DNA of 64,000 bases. Origin: an uncultured Gemmatimonadales bacterium. Lineage in GTDB: Bacteria > Gemmatimonadota > Gemmatimonadetes > Longimicrobiales > RSA9. The notes under the pieces are model-generated. The model saw nothing but the letters and a program-made list of their open reading frames with translations. It did not search any database and was not told the DNA's origin. Made by a program: the position numbers and the translations under genes. Positions 1-8,881 of the stretch are shown one piece after another (within the stretch, counting starts at the first letter, position 1; every line of letters starts with the position of its first letter). The stretch lies in assembly GCA_963798845.1 (NCBI GenBank), contig CAWCUS010000001.1, positions 567,850 through 631,849 on the forward strand, written 5' to 3'.

Positions 1-20
1 TGGTGCCCGCGGAACTGCAA

Positions 21-93
21 TGGAGCTGAGGGGATTCGAACCCCTGACCCCCTGCTTGCAAAGCAGGTGCTCTCCCGACTGAGCTACAGCCCC
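21..93 (-). tRNA. tRNA-Ala (anticodon TGC)
   Basis: The reverse complement reads GGGGCTGTAGCTCAGTCGGGAGAGCACCTGCTTTGCAAGCAGGGGGTCAGGGGTTCGAATCCCCTCAGCTCCA (73 nt). It has a 7-bp acceptor stem with the G3:U70 alanine identity pair, the anticodon loop CTTTGCAAG, and a GGTTCGAAT T-loop. CCA is not encoded. No rRNA flanks it. Confidence 0.92.
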
Positions 94-400
94 GAAACCC
101 TTCCTGCACTCAAGCGAACGCCCGGGGCCATGCGAACGGAATCATAAGGCCCGCATTGCCGCGGCGGAAGGGCGACAGCCGCGAGTGCGAATACTCACGG
201 TTGGACGGGTAGTTCCGCACCGCTGCAAACCGCCTCGACGCGGGCAATGCTCGCCGTCTCACTCGTGGCGGGCACAATGAGGCTCTGGATGCCGGCCGAA
301 GAGCTGACGCGCCAGCCCGCGCGTCCGGCCCTCTTCATGCAGTTCGTCAGCCTCGCCGAGCCGGCGGTGGTGGTGATCCGTGGGCGGCGCGGGTGGGCCC

Positions 401-424
401 TGTCGATCTCGTGACCCCACGTTC
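401..424 (+). promoter_or_regulatory. possible ECF42-type promoter (TGTCGA -35-like box, CGT-containing -10-like box)
   Basis: TGTCGA lies at 401-406 and CGTTCGAC at 420-427, about 65 nt upstream of the DGPF/ECF42 operon start. The match relies on my unverified recollection of the ECF42 promoter motif, and the spacing is uncertain. Confidence 0.2.
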
Positions 425-489
425 GACGCATGGTAGGAGGCGTCCGGAGAGGCCGGCGCCCCTCGAACCGAAGACGAGGAGATTCTGCA

Positions 490-921
490 ATGCGCGTCAT
501 GGTGATCGTGAAGGCGAACGAGGAGTCCGAGGCGGGGGTCATGCCGAGCACGGAGCTTCTCACCGAGATGGGCACCTACAACGAGGAGCTGGTGAAAGCC
601 GGCGTGATGCTCGCGGGCGAGGGGCTCGCGGCGAGCTCGGAAGGCAAGCGGATCCGCTTCGAAGGCGCGAAGCGGACGGTCGTCGACGGACCGTTCGCCG
701 AGACCAAGGAGCTGATCGCGGGATACTGGATCTGGCAGGTCCGCTCGATGGACGAGGCGGTGGAGTGGCTGAAGCGTGCGCCGTTCGACGGCGGCACGGA
801 AGTCGAGATCCGGCGCATCTTCGGGGTCGACGACTTCGGGGAGGAGCTCACGCCCGAGCTCCGAGAGCAGGAGAAGCGGGTGGGGGCGCAGGCGTCCGAG
901 AACGCGAAGAAGAACGGGTGA
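490..921 (+). CDS. YCII-related / DGPF-domain protein
   Basis: The ATG at 490 (MRVMVIVKANEESEAG...) follows GAGGAG. The VVDGPFAETKELIAGYWIW motif is typical of DGPF/YCII proteins. The stop overlaps the GTG start of the downstream sigma factor (GTGA). Confidence 0.8.
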   Translation: MRVMVIVKANEESEAGVMPSTELLTEMGTYNEELVKAGVMLAGEGLAASSEGKRIRFEGAKRTVVDGPFAETKELIAGYWIWQVRSMDEAVEWLKRAPFDGGTEVEIRRIFGVDDFGEELTPELREQEKRVGAQASENAKKNG

Positions 922-2189
922 GCGAGGCTGCGGCGCGCGAGGCGATCGACGCGGTCTGGCGGATCGAGTCTGCCAGGCTCATCGCCGGGCTCACCCGCAT
1001 GGTGGGCGACCTCGGCATGGCCGAGGACCTGGCGCAGGACGCGCTGGTCGTGGCGCTGGAGAAGTGGCCGGAGTCGGGCGTCCCGGACAACCCGGGCGCC
1101 TGGCTCATGGCCACGGCCAAGCACCGGGCGCTGGACCATTTCCGCAGATCGAAGATGCTCGACCGCCGACACGGAGACCTGGCGCGACGCCTCGAGGCCG
1201 ACGAGCGCGATGCCGGTAGCGAGCTGGACGCGGCCATCGACGACTTCATCGGAGACGACCTGCTCCGCCTGATCTTCACCACGTGTCACCCCGTGCTGGC
1301 GCGGGAGTCCCGGGTTGCGCTCACCCTCCGCCTGCTCGGCGGGCTCACCAGCGAGGAGATCGCCCGCGCCTTCCTGGTTCCGGTGAAGACGCTCCAGCAG
1401 CGGATCGTGCGCGCGAAGCGCACGCTCCGTGAGGCTCGCATCCCGTTCGAGGTGCCGCCGCCGGAGGAGGCGGGCGAGCGTCTCGAATCCGTGCTCGAGG
1501 TCGTCTACCTCGTCTTCAACGAGGGCTACACCGCCACGGCCGGGGAGGACTGGATCCGGCCGTCGCTCTGCGAGGAGGCGCTCCGCCTCGGACGCATCCT
1601 GGCCGAGCTGGCGCCGGGCGAGCCCGAGGTGCACGGCCTGGTGGCGCTCATGGAGATCCAGGCCTCGCGCCTGGGCGCGCGGCGGAGGGCCGGGGGCGAG
1701 CCGGTCCTGCTGATGGACCAGGACCGCGCTCGCTGGGACCACCTCCTCATCCGACGCGGCCTCGCCGCTCTGGACCGGGCCGCAGCCCTCGATCGGCCGC
1801 TCGGGCCCTACTGGCTCCAGGGGGCGATCGCGGCGTGCCACGCCCGGGCCCCCAGGCCCGAGGACACGGACTGGGACCGCATCGTGGCGCTCTACGACGC
1901 GCTCGCGCAGGTCGCCCCGTCGCCGGTGGTCGAGCTGAACCGGGCCGTCGCCGTGGGCATGGCGTTCGGCCCCGAGGCCGGGCTCGACCTGGTCGACGAG
2001 CTCGCCGCCGAGCCGGCGCTCGAAGGCTACCACTGGCTCCCGAGCGTGCGCGCCGACCTGCTGTCCAGGCTCGGCCGCTACGGCGAAGCCCGGGTGGAGC
2101 TGGAGCGCGCCGCTTCGCTGGCGAGGAACGTCCAGGAGCGAACGCTCCTCCTCGACCGCGCCCACGGACTGCGCGTGCACGAGGCGTGA
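918..2189 (+). CDS. ECF sigma factor with long C-terminal TPR-like extension (ECF42-like)
   Basis: A GTG at 918 overlaps the upstream stop. Region 2 (DLAQDALVVALEKWP...NPGAWLMATAKHRALDHFRR) and region 4 (LTSEEIARAFLVPVKTLQQRIVRAKRTL) are both present. A conserved C-terminal domain of about 200 aa follows (YWLQGAIAACHA...GYHWLPSVRADLL). The pairing with a DGPF gene is the hallmark of this group. Confidence 0.85.
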   Translation: MSEAAAREAIDAVWRIESARLIAGLTRMVGDLGMAEDLAQDALVVALEKWPESGVPDNPGAWLMATAKHRALDHFRRSKMLDRRHGDLARRLEADERDAGSELDAAIDDFIGDDLLRLIFTTCHPVLARESRVALTLRLLGGLTSEEIARAFLVPVKTLQQRIVRAKRTLREARIPFEVPPPEEAGERLESVLEVVYLVFNEGYTATAGEDWIRPSLCEEALRLGRILAELAPGEPEVHGLVALMEIQASRLGARRRAGGEPVLLMDQDRARWDHLLIRRGLAALDRAAALDRPLGPYWLQGAIAACHARAPRPEDTDWDRIVALYDALAQVAPSPVVELNRAVAVGMAFGPEAGLDLVDELAAEPALEGYHWLPSVRADLLSRLGRYGEARVELERAASLARNVQERTLLLDRAHGLRVHEA

Positions 2190-2285
2190 CATTGGTCGCC
2201 GCTCCCTGTCGATCCGCGCCCGCGTGACGGGACCCACGTGCGATTGCCGTCATTTCGCCCGCGGCCTCGCGCGAGTGAGCGGCGT

Positions 2286-3018
2286 TCAGGCCTCATCCGT
2301 CAACGCGTGACGAAAGCCCTGCCGCCAGCTCTTCCACGCGGGCTGCCAGTCCAGCTGGGCCCTCGCTTTCGCGTTCGACGACCCTCGACCCTCCGTCAGC
2401 CAGCGCGCGACGGCCTCGCCTGCGGCCAGCCGCCCCAGCCACACCGGCACGCGGAACGGTGGCTTCGCCCCGACGGCGGCGGCCATCCAGGGTAGCCACT
2501 CCGACTCGGGAGCGGGGTCGTCGTCGACGATGTTGTAGACGCCTCGCTTTCCCCGTTCCAGCGCGGCCACCGTCGCCGCCGCGGCGTCGTCCAGGTGGAT
2601 CCACGACCACACGCCGGTCCCGCCCCCGACGATCGGAAACTGCCGCTTCCGGACCAGCTCGACGAGCGGCTCCGACGCGCCCGGTCCGTAGAAGTTGCCG
2701 TAGCGGAGCACGATCCCCTCCAGGGGCGCGGCCAGCACCGCATCCTCGAGGAACCGGATCGCCGCGAGCGTCTCCCTCTGGGCCTTCGCCGGTTCGGGCT
2801 CGAGAGGGTCGTCCTCGCTCTTCACCGGACCGCCGGTGCGGGGATTCGGCGGCTGCGTCCAGGCCATCGACGACGACCACGTCGGCCCCGAGAGCCCGGA
2901 GATCGTCGATCTTGCCGCGGCTCCGTGTCGTCGCGGTCACCTGATGGCCTCGCTCGATCAGTTGCGGCACCAGCGTCCGCCCGATCGCTCCGCTCGCTCC
3001 TGCCAGGAATGCGTGCAT
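2286..3018 (-). pseudogene. NAD(P)-dependent epimerase/oxidoreductase (SDR-like), internally deleted and frame-shifted
   Basis: The N-terminal Rossmann part (MHAFLAGASGAIGRTLVPQLIERGHQVTATTRS...ADVVVVDGLDAAA) is in the frame that ends at 3018. The C-terminal part (NPRTGGPVKSEDDPL...WIHLDDAAAATVAALERGKRGVYNIVDD...) is in a different frame from about 2850. The expected middle segment between the two parts is absent. Confidence 0.6.
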
Positions 3019-3179
3019 GTCGAGCCTCCCTCCACCACGGCTTCGTCTTCGTCCTTTCCATCACCCCCGGCACGTTTGGCCCGGCCCGGTTGGGACGCGG
3101 GCCGCAGGTTCCGGGACGCGGCCGCTCTGCCGGAGCGCACGCAGCACGGGCGCACGCGAGTGAACCGCCAGCAGAAACC

Positions 3180-3623
3180 TCAGCTCACCGCCCGCTTCAC
3201 CAGCGCCGAGATCCTCTTCTCATCCGCGGCGGTGAGCTTCGTCAGCGCGAATGAAGTCGGCCACATGTGGCCCTCGTCCAGGCTCGCCGCGTCATTGAAG
3301 CCGAATGTGGCGTAGCGCTCCTTGAACTTGTGCGCGGGTTTGAAGAAGCAGATGACCTTGCCGTCCCGCGCCCAGGCGGGCATGCCGTACCAGGTTTTCG
3401 GCGACAGCCCCGGCGCGCTGGCCATGACGATCGCATGCAGCCGCTCGGCCATGACGCGATCCGGCTCCGCCAGCTCCGCGATCTTGGCGAGCAGGTCCTG
3501 CTCCCCGTTCGCCTTCCCTTTCTTACCGCCCTTCTCCGCCTTCAGCTCACGCGCGCGGTCCTTCATGGCGGCGCGTTCCTCGGCGGTGAAACCAGCGGAC
3601 GTCTTCTTCCTCGCTGCCATCAT
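3180..3623 (-). CDS. DUF1801/YdhG-like domain protein
   Basis: The start MMAARKKTSAGFTAEERAAM is preceded by AGGAGGG. The C-terminal half (KTWYGMPAWARDGKVICFFKPAHKFKERYATFGF) resembles the YdhG/DUF1801 fold family. The gene overlaps the upstream sigma stop by 4 nt. Confidence 0.65.
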   Translation of the reverse strand: MMAARKKTSAGFTAEERAAMKDRARELKAEKGGKKGKANGEQDLLAKIAELAEPDRVMAERLHAIVMASAPGLSPKTWYGMPAWARDGKVICFFKPAHKFKERYATFGFNDAASLDEGHMWPTSFALTKLTAADEKRISALVKRAVS

Positions 3624-4513
3624 CCCTCCTTGTGAAATTCGAGCTCCTCCAGTGCCAGCGCCGCGAGCGCGTCGCGGTCCGCCACGGCGTCCAGGGCCGT
3701 GATCCTCCCGCCAACGATCGCGAGCTTGACCACGAGCAGCATGCGCCCCTTCACCGGCACCAGGATCCCGACCTCGCCGTCGATGAGGCCGGGAACGGCC
3801 GCGCTCGCGCGCCCGATGAAGAACTCCGCCACGCCGCCCGCACCCTGATGCTCGGCCGGGCCGCCCATCCGGATGCCCTGGGCGTCGCACCGAAAGACGA
3901 CATCGGGATCGAGCACCGCCACCAGCGCCTCGAAGTCACCGGCTTTCGCGGCTGCGATGAAGGCTTCGACGACCTCACGCTTGCGATGCCGGTCGAGATC
4001 CGATGGCGATGCGCCCTGGATGCGACGCCTTGCACGACTGGCCAGCTGCCGCGCGGCCGCGGGCGTCCGTCCGACGACGGGGGCGATGTCATCGAACGGC
4101 AGGTCGAACATGTCGTGGAGCACGAACGCCACGCGCTCCGCCGGGTTCAGCGTCTCCAGAACCACCAGCAGGGCCAGCCCGACCGCGTCCGCAAGCTCGG
4201 TCTCCTCCTCCGGGTTCCGTTCATGACGCCGGCCGCCCGCGGGTTCGGGTTCGTCGAACCACAACGCCTCTTCCCGCCGTGACCGCCGGGCGCGCAGCAT
4301 GTCCAGGCAGACACGTCCCACGATCGTGGTCATCCAGCCGCCGAGATTGTCCACTCCATCGGCCCCGGCACGGCTCATTCGCAGCCACGCCTCCTGAACG
4401 GCATCGTCCGCCTCGGCGGCCGAGCCGAGCATGCGGTAGGCGACGCCCTGCAGATGGGTTCGCTGCGTCTCGAACCGCCGGGCCAGCAATTCTCGTTCAT
4501 CCATCGGTTGCAC
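3620..4513 (-). CDS. ECF sigma factor with SnoaL-like C-terminal extension (ECF41 / SigJ-like)
   Basis: Region 2 (DDAVQEAWLRMSRA...GGWMTTIVGRVCLDMLRARRSR) and region 4 (LNPAERVAFVLHDMFDLPFDDIAPVVGRTPAAARQLASRARRRI) are present. An NTF2/SnoaL-like tail of about 110 aa follows (VVEAFIAAAKAGDFEALVAVLDPDVVF...). The true start may be the ATG at 4504 (MDEREL). Confidence 0.85.
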   Translation of the reverse strand: MQPMDERELLARRFETQRTHLQGVAYRMLGSAAEADDAVQEAWLRMSRAGADGVDNLGGWMTTIVGRVCLDMLRARRSRREEALWFDEPEPAGGRRHERNPEEETELADAVGLALLVVLETLNPAERVAFVLHDMFDLPFDDIAPVVGRTPAAARQLASRARRRIQGASPSDLDRHRKREVVEAFIAAAKAGDFEALVAVLDPDVVFRCDAQGIRMGGPAEHQGAGGVAEFFIGRASAAVPGLIDGEVGILVPVKGRMLLVVKLAIVGGRITALDAVADRDALAALALEELEFHKEG

Positions 4514-4956
4514 TCACTCCCTGCCATCCATTCTCACCCGGGCTCCACGCCGCGACGTCTCGCTCATGCCGTTTCCTCCTTGAATCTCTGGCCGGACGCT
4601 GCGTCCTCGACAGGTTGACGGATCGAACCCGAAAATTGTGACCGCACAAGAAATGGCGCTGGCCAAGGTGGCAGCGGGAAGCGGGGAGCTCGCGTCGCAT
4701 CCCTGGTCCCTACGATCCTGCGCCCGGCCAGGCGCCCCGGGTGGCCGGCTTCCTGCGGCGCGCCAATTCGGGTGTGTCAACCCGGCGTCATACCCGTGGA
4801 GGCGGATGCGCGCGATGGCGGCGGCCGGAGAGCGGGCCGCGAGGCGGGCCGGACTCGGGTCGCAGCGATGCTCGACTACGTGTTCGCGACCAGCGCGTCG
4901 TACGGATGCGGGCGACGGGGAGGAAGGAGGAGCGACGGTCGACCGGAGCGGCAAGC

Positions 4957-5379
4957 ATGAAACCCAGAGTGACCGTAATCACCATCGGTGTGGACGACCT
5001 GGAGCGAGCGGTGCGCTTCTACCGCGATGGCCTCGGCCTCGAGACCGAGGGGATCATGGGCAGGGAGTTCGAATACGGGGCCGTCGCGTTCTTCGACCTG
5101 GAGGGCGGATCGCGACTGGCGCTCTGGCCTCGCCGGAGCATCGCTCACGACAGTGGTCTCCCCCTGAGCGGCCCGAGCCCGACCGAGTTCACGCTCGGCC
5201 ATAACGTACGCTCAGAGGCAGAGGTCGACGCCGCGATGGAGCAGGCCAGGAAGGCGGGCGCAGTGATCGTGAAGCCGGCCGCCAAGACATTTTGGGGTGG
5301 CTACGCGGGTTACTTCCAGGATCCGGATCAGCACCTGTGGGAGGTTGTGTGGAACCCACAGGTTCTGCCCGACGAGTGA
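4957..5379 (+). CDS. VOC family (glyoxalase/bleomycin-resistance fold) protein
   Basis: The ATG at 4957 opens MKPRVTVITIGVDDLERAVRFYRDGLGLE...FWGGYAGYFQDPDQHLWEVVWNP, a typical VOC signature. GGAGGAAGGAGGA lies upstream. Confidence 0.8.
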   Translation: MKPRVTVITIGVDDLERAVRFYRDGLGLETEGIMGREFEYGAVAFFDLEGGSRLALWPRRSIAHDSGLPLSGPSPTEFTLGHNVRSEAEVDAAMEQARKAGAVIVKPAAKTFWGGYAGYFQDPDQHLWEVVWNPQVLPDE

Positions 5380-5401
5380 CGCGCGGCGGCCGCGAGCTCG
5401 G

Positions 5402-5905
5402 CTACGTCCGCGGAATTTCACGAACCGTCGACTGCCCCTGGTCCGGAAGCGGTGCACCGCTCAGGCCCAGCCGCTTCAGGATCGCCGCCTCGTCGTCCTC
5501 CACCAGGTGGAAATCGGCCCGGAGCTGGTCGGGGATCGGCTGCGGGCGCCCGGTCCGGAGATCGACGAAGACCCAGAGCGTCTCGGCGCGGGCGACCACT
5601 CGGCGGTCCCGCTCGCGCCAGAAGAGGTAGCGGCGCGTGGAGCGGCTGGCGCCCAGGTCCGCCACCCACGTGGCGAGGTGGAGGGCGTCGCCCTCGTAGG
5701 CGGGCCGCAGGTACTCCACGAAATGGGAGCGAACCACCCACGTGGCGCCGATGCCGAAGTAGCGCTCCATGGGCCATCCCCTCGCCGCGGAGTGCGCCAC
5801 GGCCACCTCCTGCATCCAGCGCAGGTAAGCCGTGTTGTTCACGTGGCGGTTCTCGTCGATCGCGTCCGCCGCGACTTCGATGGGGATGGCGTGGATGGCC
5901 GGCAT
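5402..5905 (-). CDS. acyl-CoA thioesterase (4HBT/YbgC-like hot-dog fold)
   Basis: The sequence reads IEVAADAIDENRHVNNTAYLRWMQEVAVAHSAARGW...VRSHFVEYLRPAYEGDAL, a 4HBT-type motif pattern. Confidence 0.75.
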   Translation of the reverse strand: MPAIHAIPIEVAADAIDENRHVNNTAYLRWMQEVAVAHSAARGWPMERYFGIGATWVVRSHFVEYLRPAYEGDALHLATWVADLGASRSTRRYLFWRERDRRVVARAETLWVFVDLRTGRPQPIPDQLRADFHLVEDDEAAILKRLGLSGAPLPDQGQSTVREIPRT

Positions 5906-5956
5906 GGTGGCGGGAGAGTAGGGGCGCCGCGGGAAGCGATCAAGCGCCCTCGATGG

Positions 5957-5988
5957 AAAAAGGGCCCCGCCCGGAGGCGGGACCCTTT
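5957..5988 (-). terminator. rho-independent terminator downstream of the Big_2 lipoprotein gene
   Basis: The minus-strand RNA forms AAAGGGUCCCGCC-UCCG-GGCGGGGCCCUUU followed by UU. This is a GC-rich 13-bp stem with one G.U pair and a U tract, 33 nt after the stop at 6021. Confidence 0.7.
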
Positions 5989-6020
5989 CCCGTTTACGGC
6001 TCTTCGATCAGCGCGGCGGC

Positions 6021-8606
6021 TTAGCTGCCGGCTACGATCGTGAGGTTGGAGTTCGGGTTCGACATGAGCGCGTCACCGTTGTTGTCCACGCCGACGGCGA
6101 AGACCGGAACGCCGGCCTGCGTATCCAGGCCTGCCGCGTCGAACGTGGCGTTGTACTTCCACGTGCGGGTCGTCCCGTCATCGGACGTCGACACGCTGGA
6201 AGCGGTCCCGATCAGGTGGTACTCGGCCCCGTCCCAATAGTAGAAGTAGACCTTCGAGAACGGGTTGTCGAACGTCCCCGTCTCGCCATTTGCGTACGCA
6301 GTGATCGTACGGGTCGTGGGCGTCGTGCCGCAGTCACCGTCGTCGTTGCACACGTTCTGAGCGGCCGACGGAATGGCGACCGCAAACGTGTTGGTGGCGT
6401 CGAGCGCGTCCACGCCGTCGCTCGCCGGAACCGTGGAGAACGCCTGCGACTGGGTCGTGGCGTTGCCGACCATGTCCTCGACCAGGTAGCGGACGTCCGT
6501 CACCGCGTGCATGTTCGCGGCGGCGTAGGCGTTGCCCGCATCCACCCAGTACAGCGCGCGGATGAACGGGATCGCCTCGTTCAGCGAAACGCTCGTGGTG
6601 AACGTGTCGTAGCCGTACGTGCCATAGTCCGAGCCAGGCCCGAACCAGAGCTCATCCAGGCCCGTGGTGGGCGTGGCGCCGTTGAACACCAGGCGGGCCT
6701 GCGCCGACGCCACGTCGATGTTGTCACCGCCGAGCGCCGTGAACGTGGTGCTCGCGCCACCGGTCAGCGTGGCCGGAATCGCGATGTTGCTCAGCGTCGG
6801 GACGCTCGTGTCGAGCAGCGTCACGCGCGACAGCGTCGCGGACATGTTGCCCGCCTGATCCTGCGAGAACACGTTCAGCACGTAGTAGCCGTCAGCGGCC
6901 GGACCGGCGACGGTGCCGGCGTTGGTCACGTACTGGCAGCCCTTGCTCGAGCTGTACGAGCCGACCACGCAGCCGGCCGAAGCGCTCAGGCTCGGGAAGT
7001 GCCGGACCACCGTGACGTGGTACTGCATGCCGTCGAAGCCGCTGATGTCATCCGTCGAGCTGAACACCCAGTTGGCCAGCGGAGACGTATCGAAGCCGCT
7101 CATGTCCTTCGGGCCCGACTCGATCTTGACCGTCGGAGCCACCAGGTCCACACCGAACGCGTTGTCCAGCAGCGTGTTCGGGGTGATGAGCAGGACGTAG
7201 CTCGTGTTCTCGAGCGCGTCCATCACAACCGCTGCGGCCATGTACGTCGTGTTGACGTCGGAAGCCGGGATCTCGGAACCGGCCTCCACGGCCGTGCCCT
7301 CGTCGGCGATCTGCATGGCCTGCTCGACCGTCGTGCCAGCGTCGACGTCGGCCGCGTCCATGTAGAAGAACTGGACGGTGACGTTGTCCACGCCCGCGTC
7401 GTCCTCGGCATCCTTGCCGTCGGCGAACGCGTAGTCACCGTTGATCCACGCGTTGCTGGAAGGCGTGACCAGGTCGAGCGTGCCGGCGTCCGGAGCCTCG
7501 GTGTCGAGGCGGATCGCCTCTGTCCAGTCGTTCTCGCCCTGCTGTCCGCCCTCGGTCACGCTCGTGACGTAGACCTGCCAGGAGGAATCCGTGACGTCGC
7601 CGATGCCATCGGCAGCGTCGGTGGCGTCGAACGTGGCGGAGAAGCCATCGCTGCCATCTTCATCCGTGATGGCGTCGCCGTCATCCGGGTTGAAGGTGAC
7701 GCGCGCGATCGCCATGTCGCCACCGGAGTAGCTGACCGGGATTCCCGTCACCGTGACGTCGCCGCCGTTCCACACCAGGCCGGTGTTCTCGTTGATCGCG
7801 TCGCGCTCGGACGTGATCGTCGTGGCGATGAAGTCGTCGTTGTTGAACGTGAGGCCGGCGCGGGAAGCCGCGTCCACGACCTCGCCGTCCTTCGACAGCT
7901 GGGCCTTGATGGTGTACTCCCCGTTCGCGTAGTTCGGCACGCCGTAGCCGTCCACGACGTCGAACGAACCCGTGTTGATCGAGCAGACCACCTCGGCCTG
8001 CGCGCCCACCATGCGGATCGAGAGACCATCGACCGTGATCGCGCCCGTGGCGCCGAACGTCTGCGTGCAGCTCGAAACCGGCTCGTCGTTGAGCAGGACC
8101 TCGAGCTTGTCCGCATCCGCGCGGTCGACCGCGAGGGAGATGTCGATCTGGCCGTAGATGTCGTTCGGATCGACGGGCTCGTTCGTGACGTACTGCGTGA
8201 TCGAGTTGATCACGATCGACGCCGTGTCACCACCGCCCGGGATCACCTGCGGCGCGACCGTGACGCCCACACCGGCCTGCACCGACGGATCGGCGGCGGC
8301 CGTGGCGATGATCGTGGCCGTGCCCTCGGCGACTGCCGTCACCAGGCCGCTACCATCGACCGTCGCGACGCTGGAGTTCGACGAGGAGAAAGTGACGGAC
8401 TTGTTGTCCGAATTGGAAACCGTCGCCACCACCTGCTGCGACTGCCCGACCTTCAGACTGAGGGTCGCGGGCGTCACCGTGATGGTGATCGCGGGCTCCG
8501 GCTGAGGCGGCACGTTGGTGACATTGTCACCGCACGCCGTCAGGCCGAACGCCGCGATGGCGGCGAGGGCTACGCCCCGCAACCAAGGGGTCCGAGCGTT
8601 CATCAT
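6021..8606 (-). CDS. large surface lipoprotein with N-terminal Big_2 (bacterial Ig-like) domain
   Basis: There is a lipobox signal peptide (MMNARTPWLRGVALAAIAAFGLTAC). A Big_2-like segment follows (ITVTPATLSLKVGQSQQVVATVSNSDNKSVTFSSSNSSVATVDGSGLVTAVAEGTATIIA). The remainder is about 750 aa, Thr/Asp/Gly/Val-rich and beta-rich, with no motif I recognise. Confidence 0.8.
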   Translation of the reverse strand: MMNARTPWLRGVALAAIAAFGLTACGDNVTNVPPQPEPAITITVTPATLSLKVGQSQQVVATVSNSDNKSVTFSSSNSSVATVDGSGLVTAVAEGTATIIATAAADPSVQAGVGVTVAPQVIPGGGDTASIVINSITQYVTNEPVDPNDIYGQIDISLAVDRADADKLEVLLNDEPVSSCTQTFGATGAITVDGLSIRMVGAQAEVVCSINTGSFDVVDGYGVPNYANGEYTIKAQLSKDGEVVDAASRAGLTFNNDDFIATTITSERDAINENTGLVWNGGDVTVTGIPVSYSGGDMAIARVTFNPDDGDAITDEDGSDGFSATFDATDAADGIGDVTDSSWQVYVTSVTEGGQQGENDWTEAIRLDTEAPDAGTLDLVTPSSNAWINGDYAFADGKDAEDDAGVDNVTVQFFYMDAADVDAGTTVEQAMQIADEGTAVEAGSEIPASDVNTTYMAAAVVMDALENTSYVLLITPNTLLDNAFGVDLVAPTVKIESGPKDMSGFDTSPLANWVFSSTDDISGFDGMQYHVTVVRHFPSLSASAGCVVGSYSSSKGCQYVTNAGTVAGPAADGYYVLNVFSQDQAGNMSATLSRVTLLDTSVPTLSNIAIPATLTGGASTTFTALGGDNIDVASAQARLVFNGATPTTGLDELWFGPGSDYGTYGYDTFTTSVSLNEAIPFIRALYWVDAGNAYAAANMHAVTDVRYLVEDMVGNATTQSQAFSTVPASDGVDALDATNTFAVAIPSAAQNVCNDDGDCGTTPTTRTITAYANGETGTFDNPFSKVYFYYWDGAEYHLIGTASSVSTSDDGTTRTWKYNATFDAAGLDTQAGVPVFAVGVDNNGDALMSNPNSNLTIVAGS

Positions 8607-8778
8607 ACCTCCGAGTGTTGATTGGTCATTCCCTGCCGTGGCAGGGTCTCGTGCTCTCGGCGCTTTTCCGGGCGCCGCCGGTGGGGCTCCATCACCCCGG
8701 ATCCTGCTGGACCTGCGCGGCAGGCCCGTTCACTCCCGTACGGCGACTCTTCGCGTCTCCTCCTGTCCTCTCGGGTGA

Positions 8779-8802
8779 GAAAAAGCCGAGCATCAATGCT
8801 CG
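8779..8802 (-). terminator. weak intrinsic terminator after the anti-sigma gene
   Basis: The minus strand reads CGAGCA-UUGA-UGCUCG followed by GCUUUUUCU. The stem is short (6 bp), hence the low confidence. Confidence 0.4.
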
Positions 8803-8881
8803 CGCGTGAGATTTCGCCTGGGGAAAGGGCGGGTGGCCGAACGGTCACGCCAACCCTGTAACGAGTCGGATTCCTGGTTTC

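Noticed and set aside
1-93. The tRNA-Ala(TGC) as part of a 16S-23S rRNA spacer, and the first 20 nt as a second tRNA.
   Set aside because: No rRNA-like sequence flanks the tRNA on the side contained in the window. The 20 nt at the edge lie 3' of the tRNA on its strand and are too short to assign. Their ...CACCA reverse-complement ending cannot be a tRNA 3' end without overlapping tRNA-Ala.
195-338. A short minus-strand ORF (MKRAGRAGWRVSSSAGIQSLIVPATSE...) next to the tRNA, as a remnant of an integrated element such as a toxin or integrase fragment.
   Set aside because: It shows only a vague resemblance to any family. It has no start context, no flanking repeats and no att-like duplication of the tRNA 3' end that I could see.
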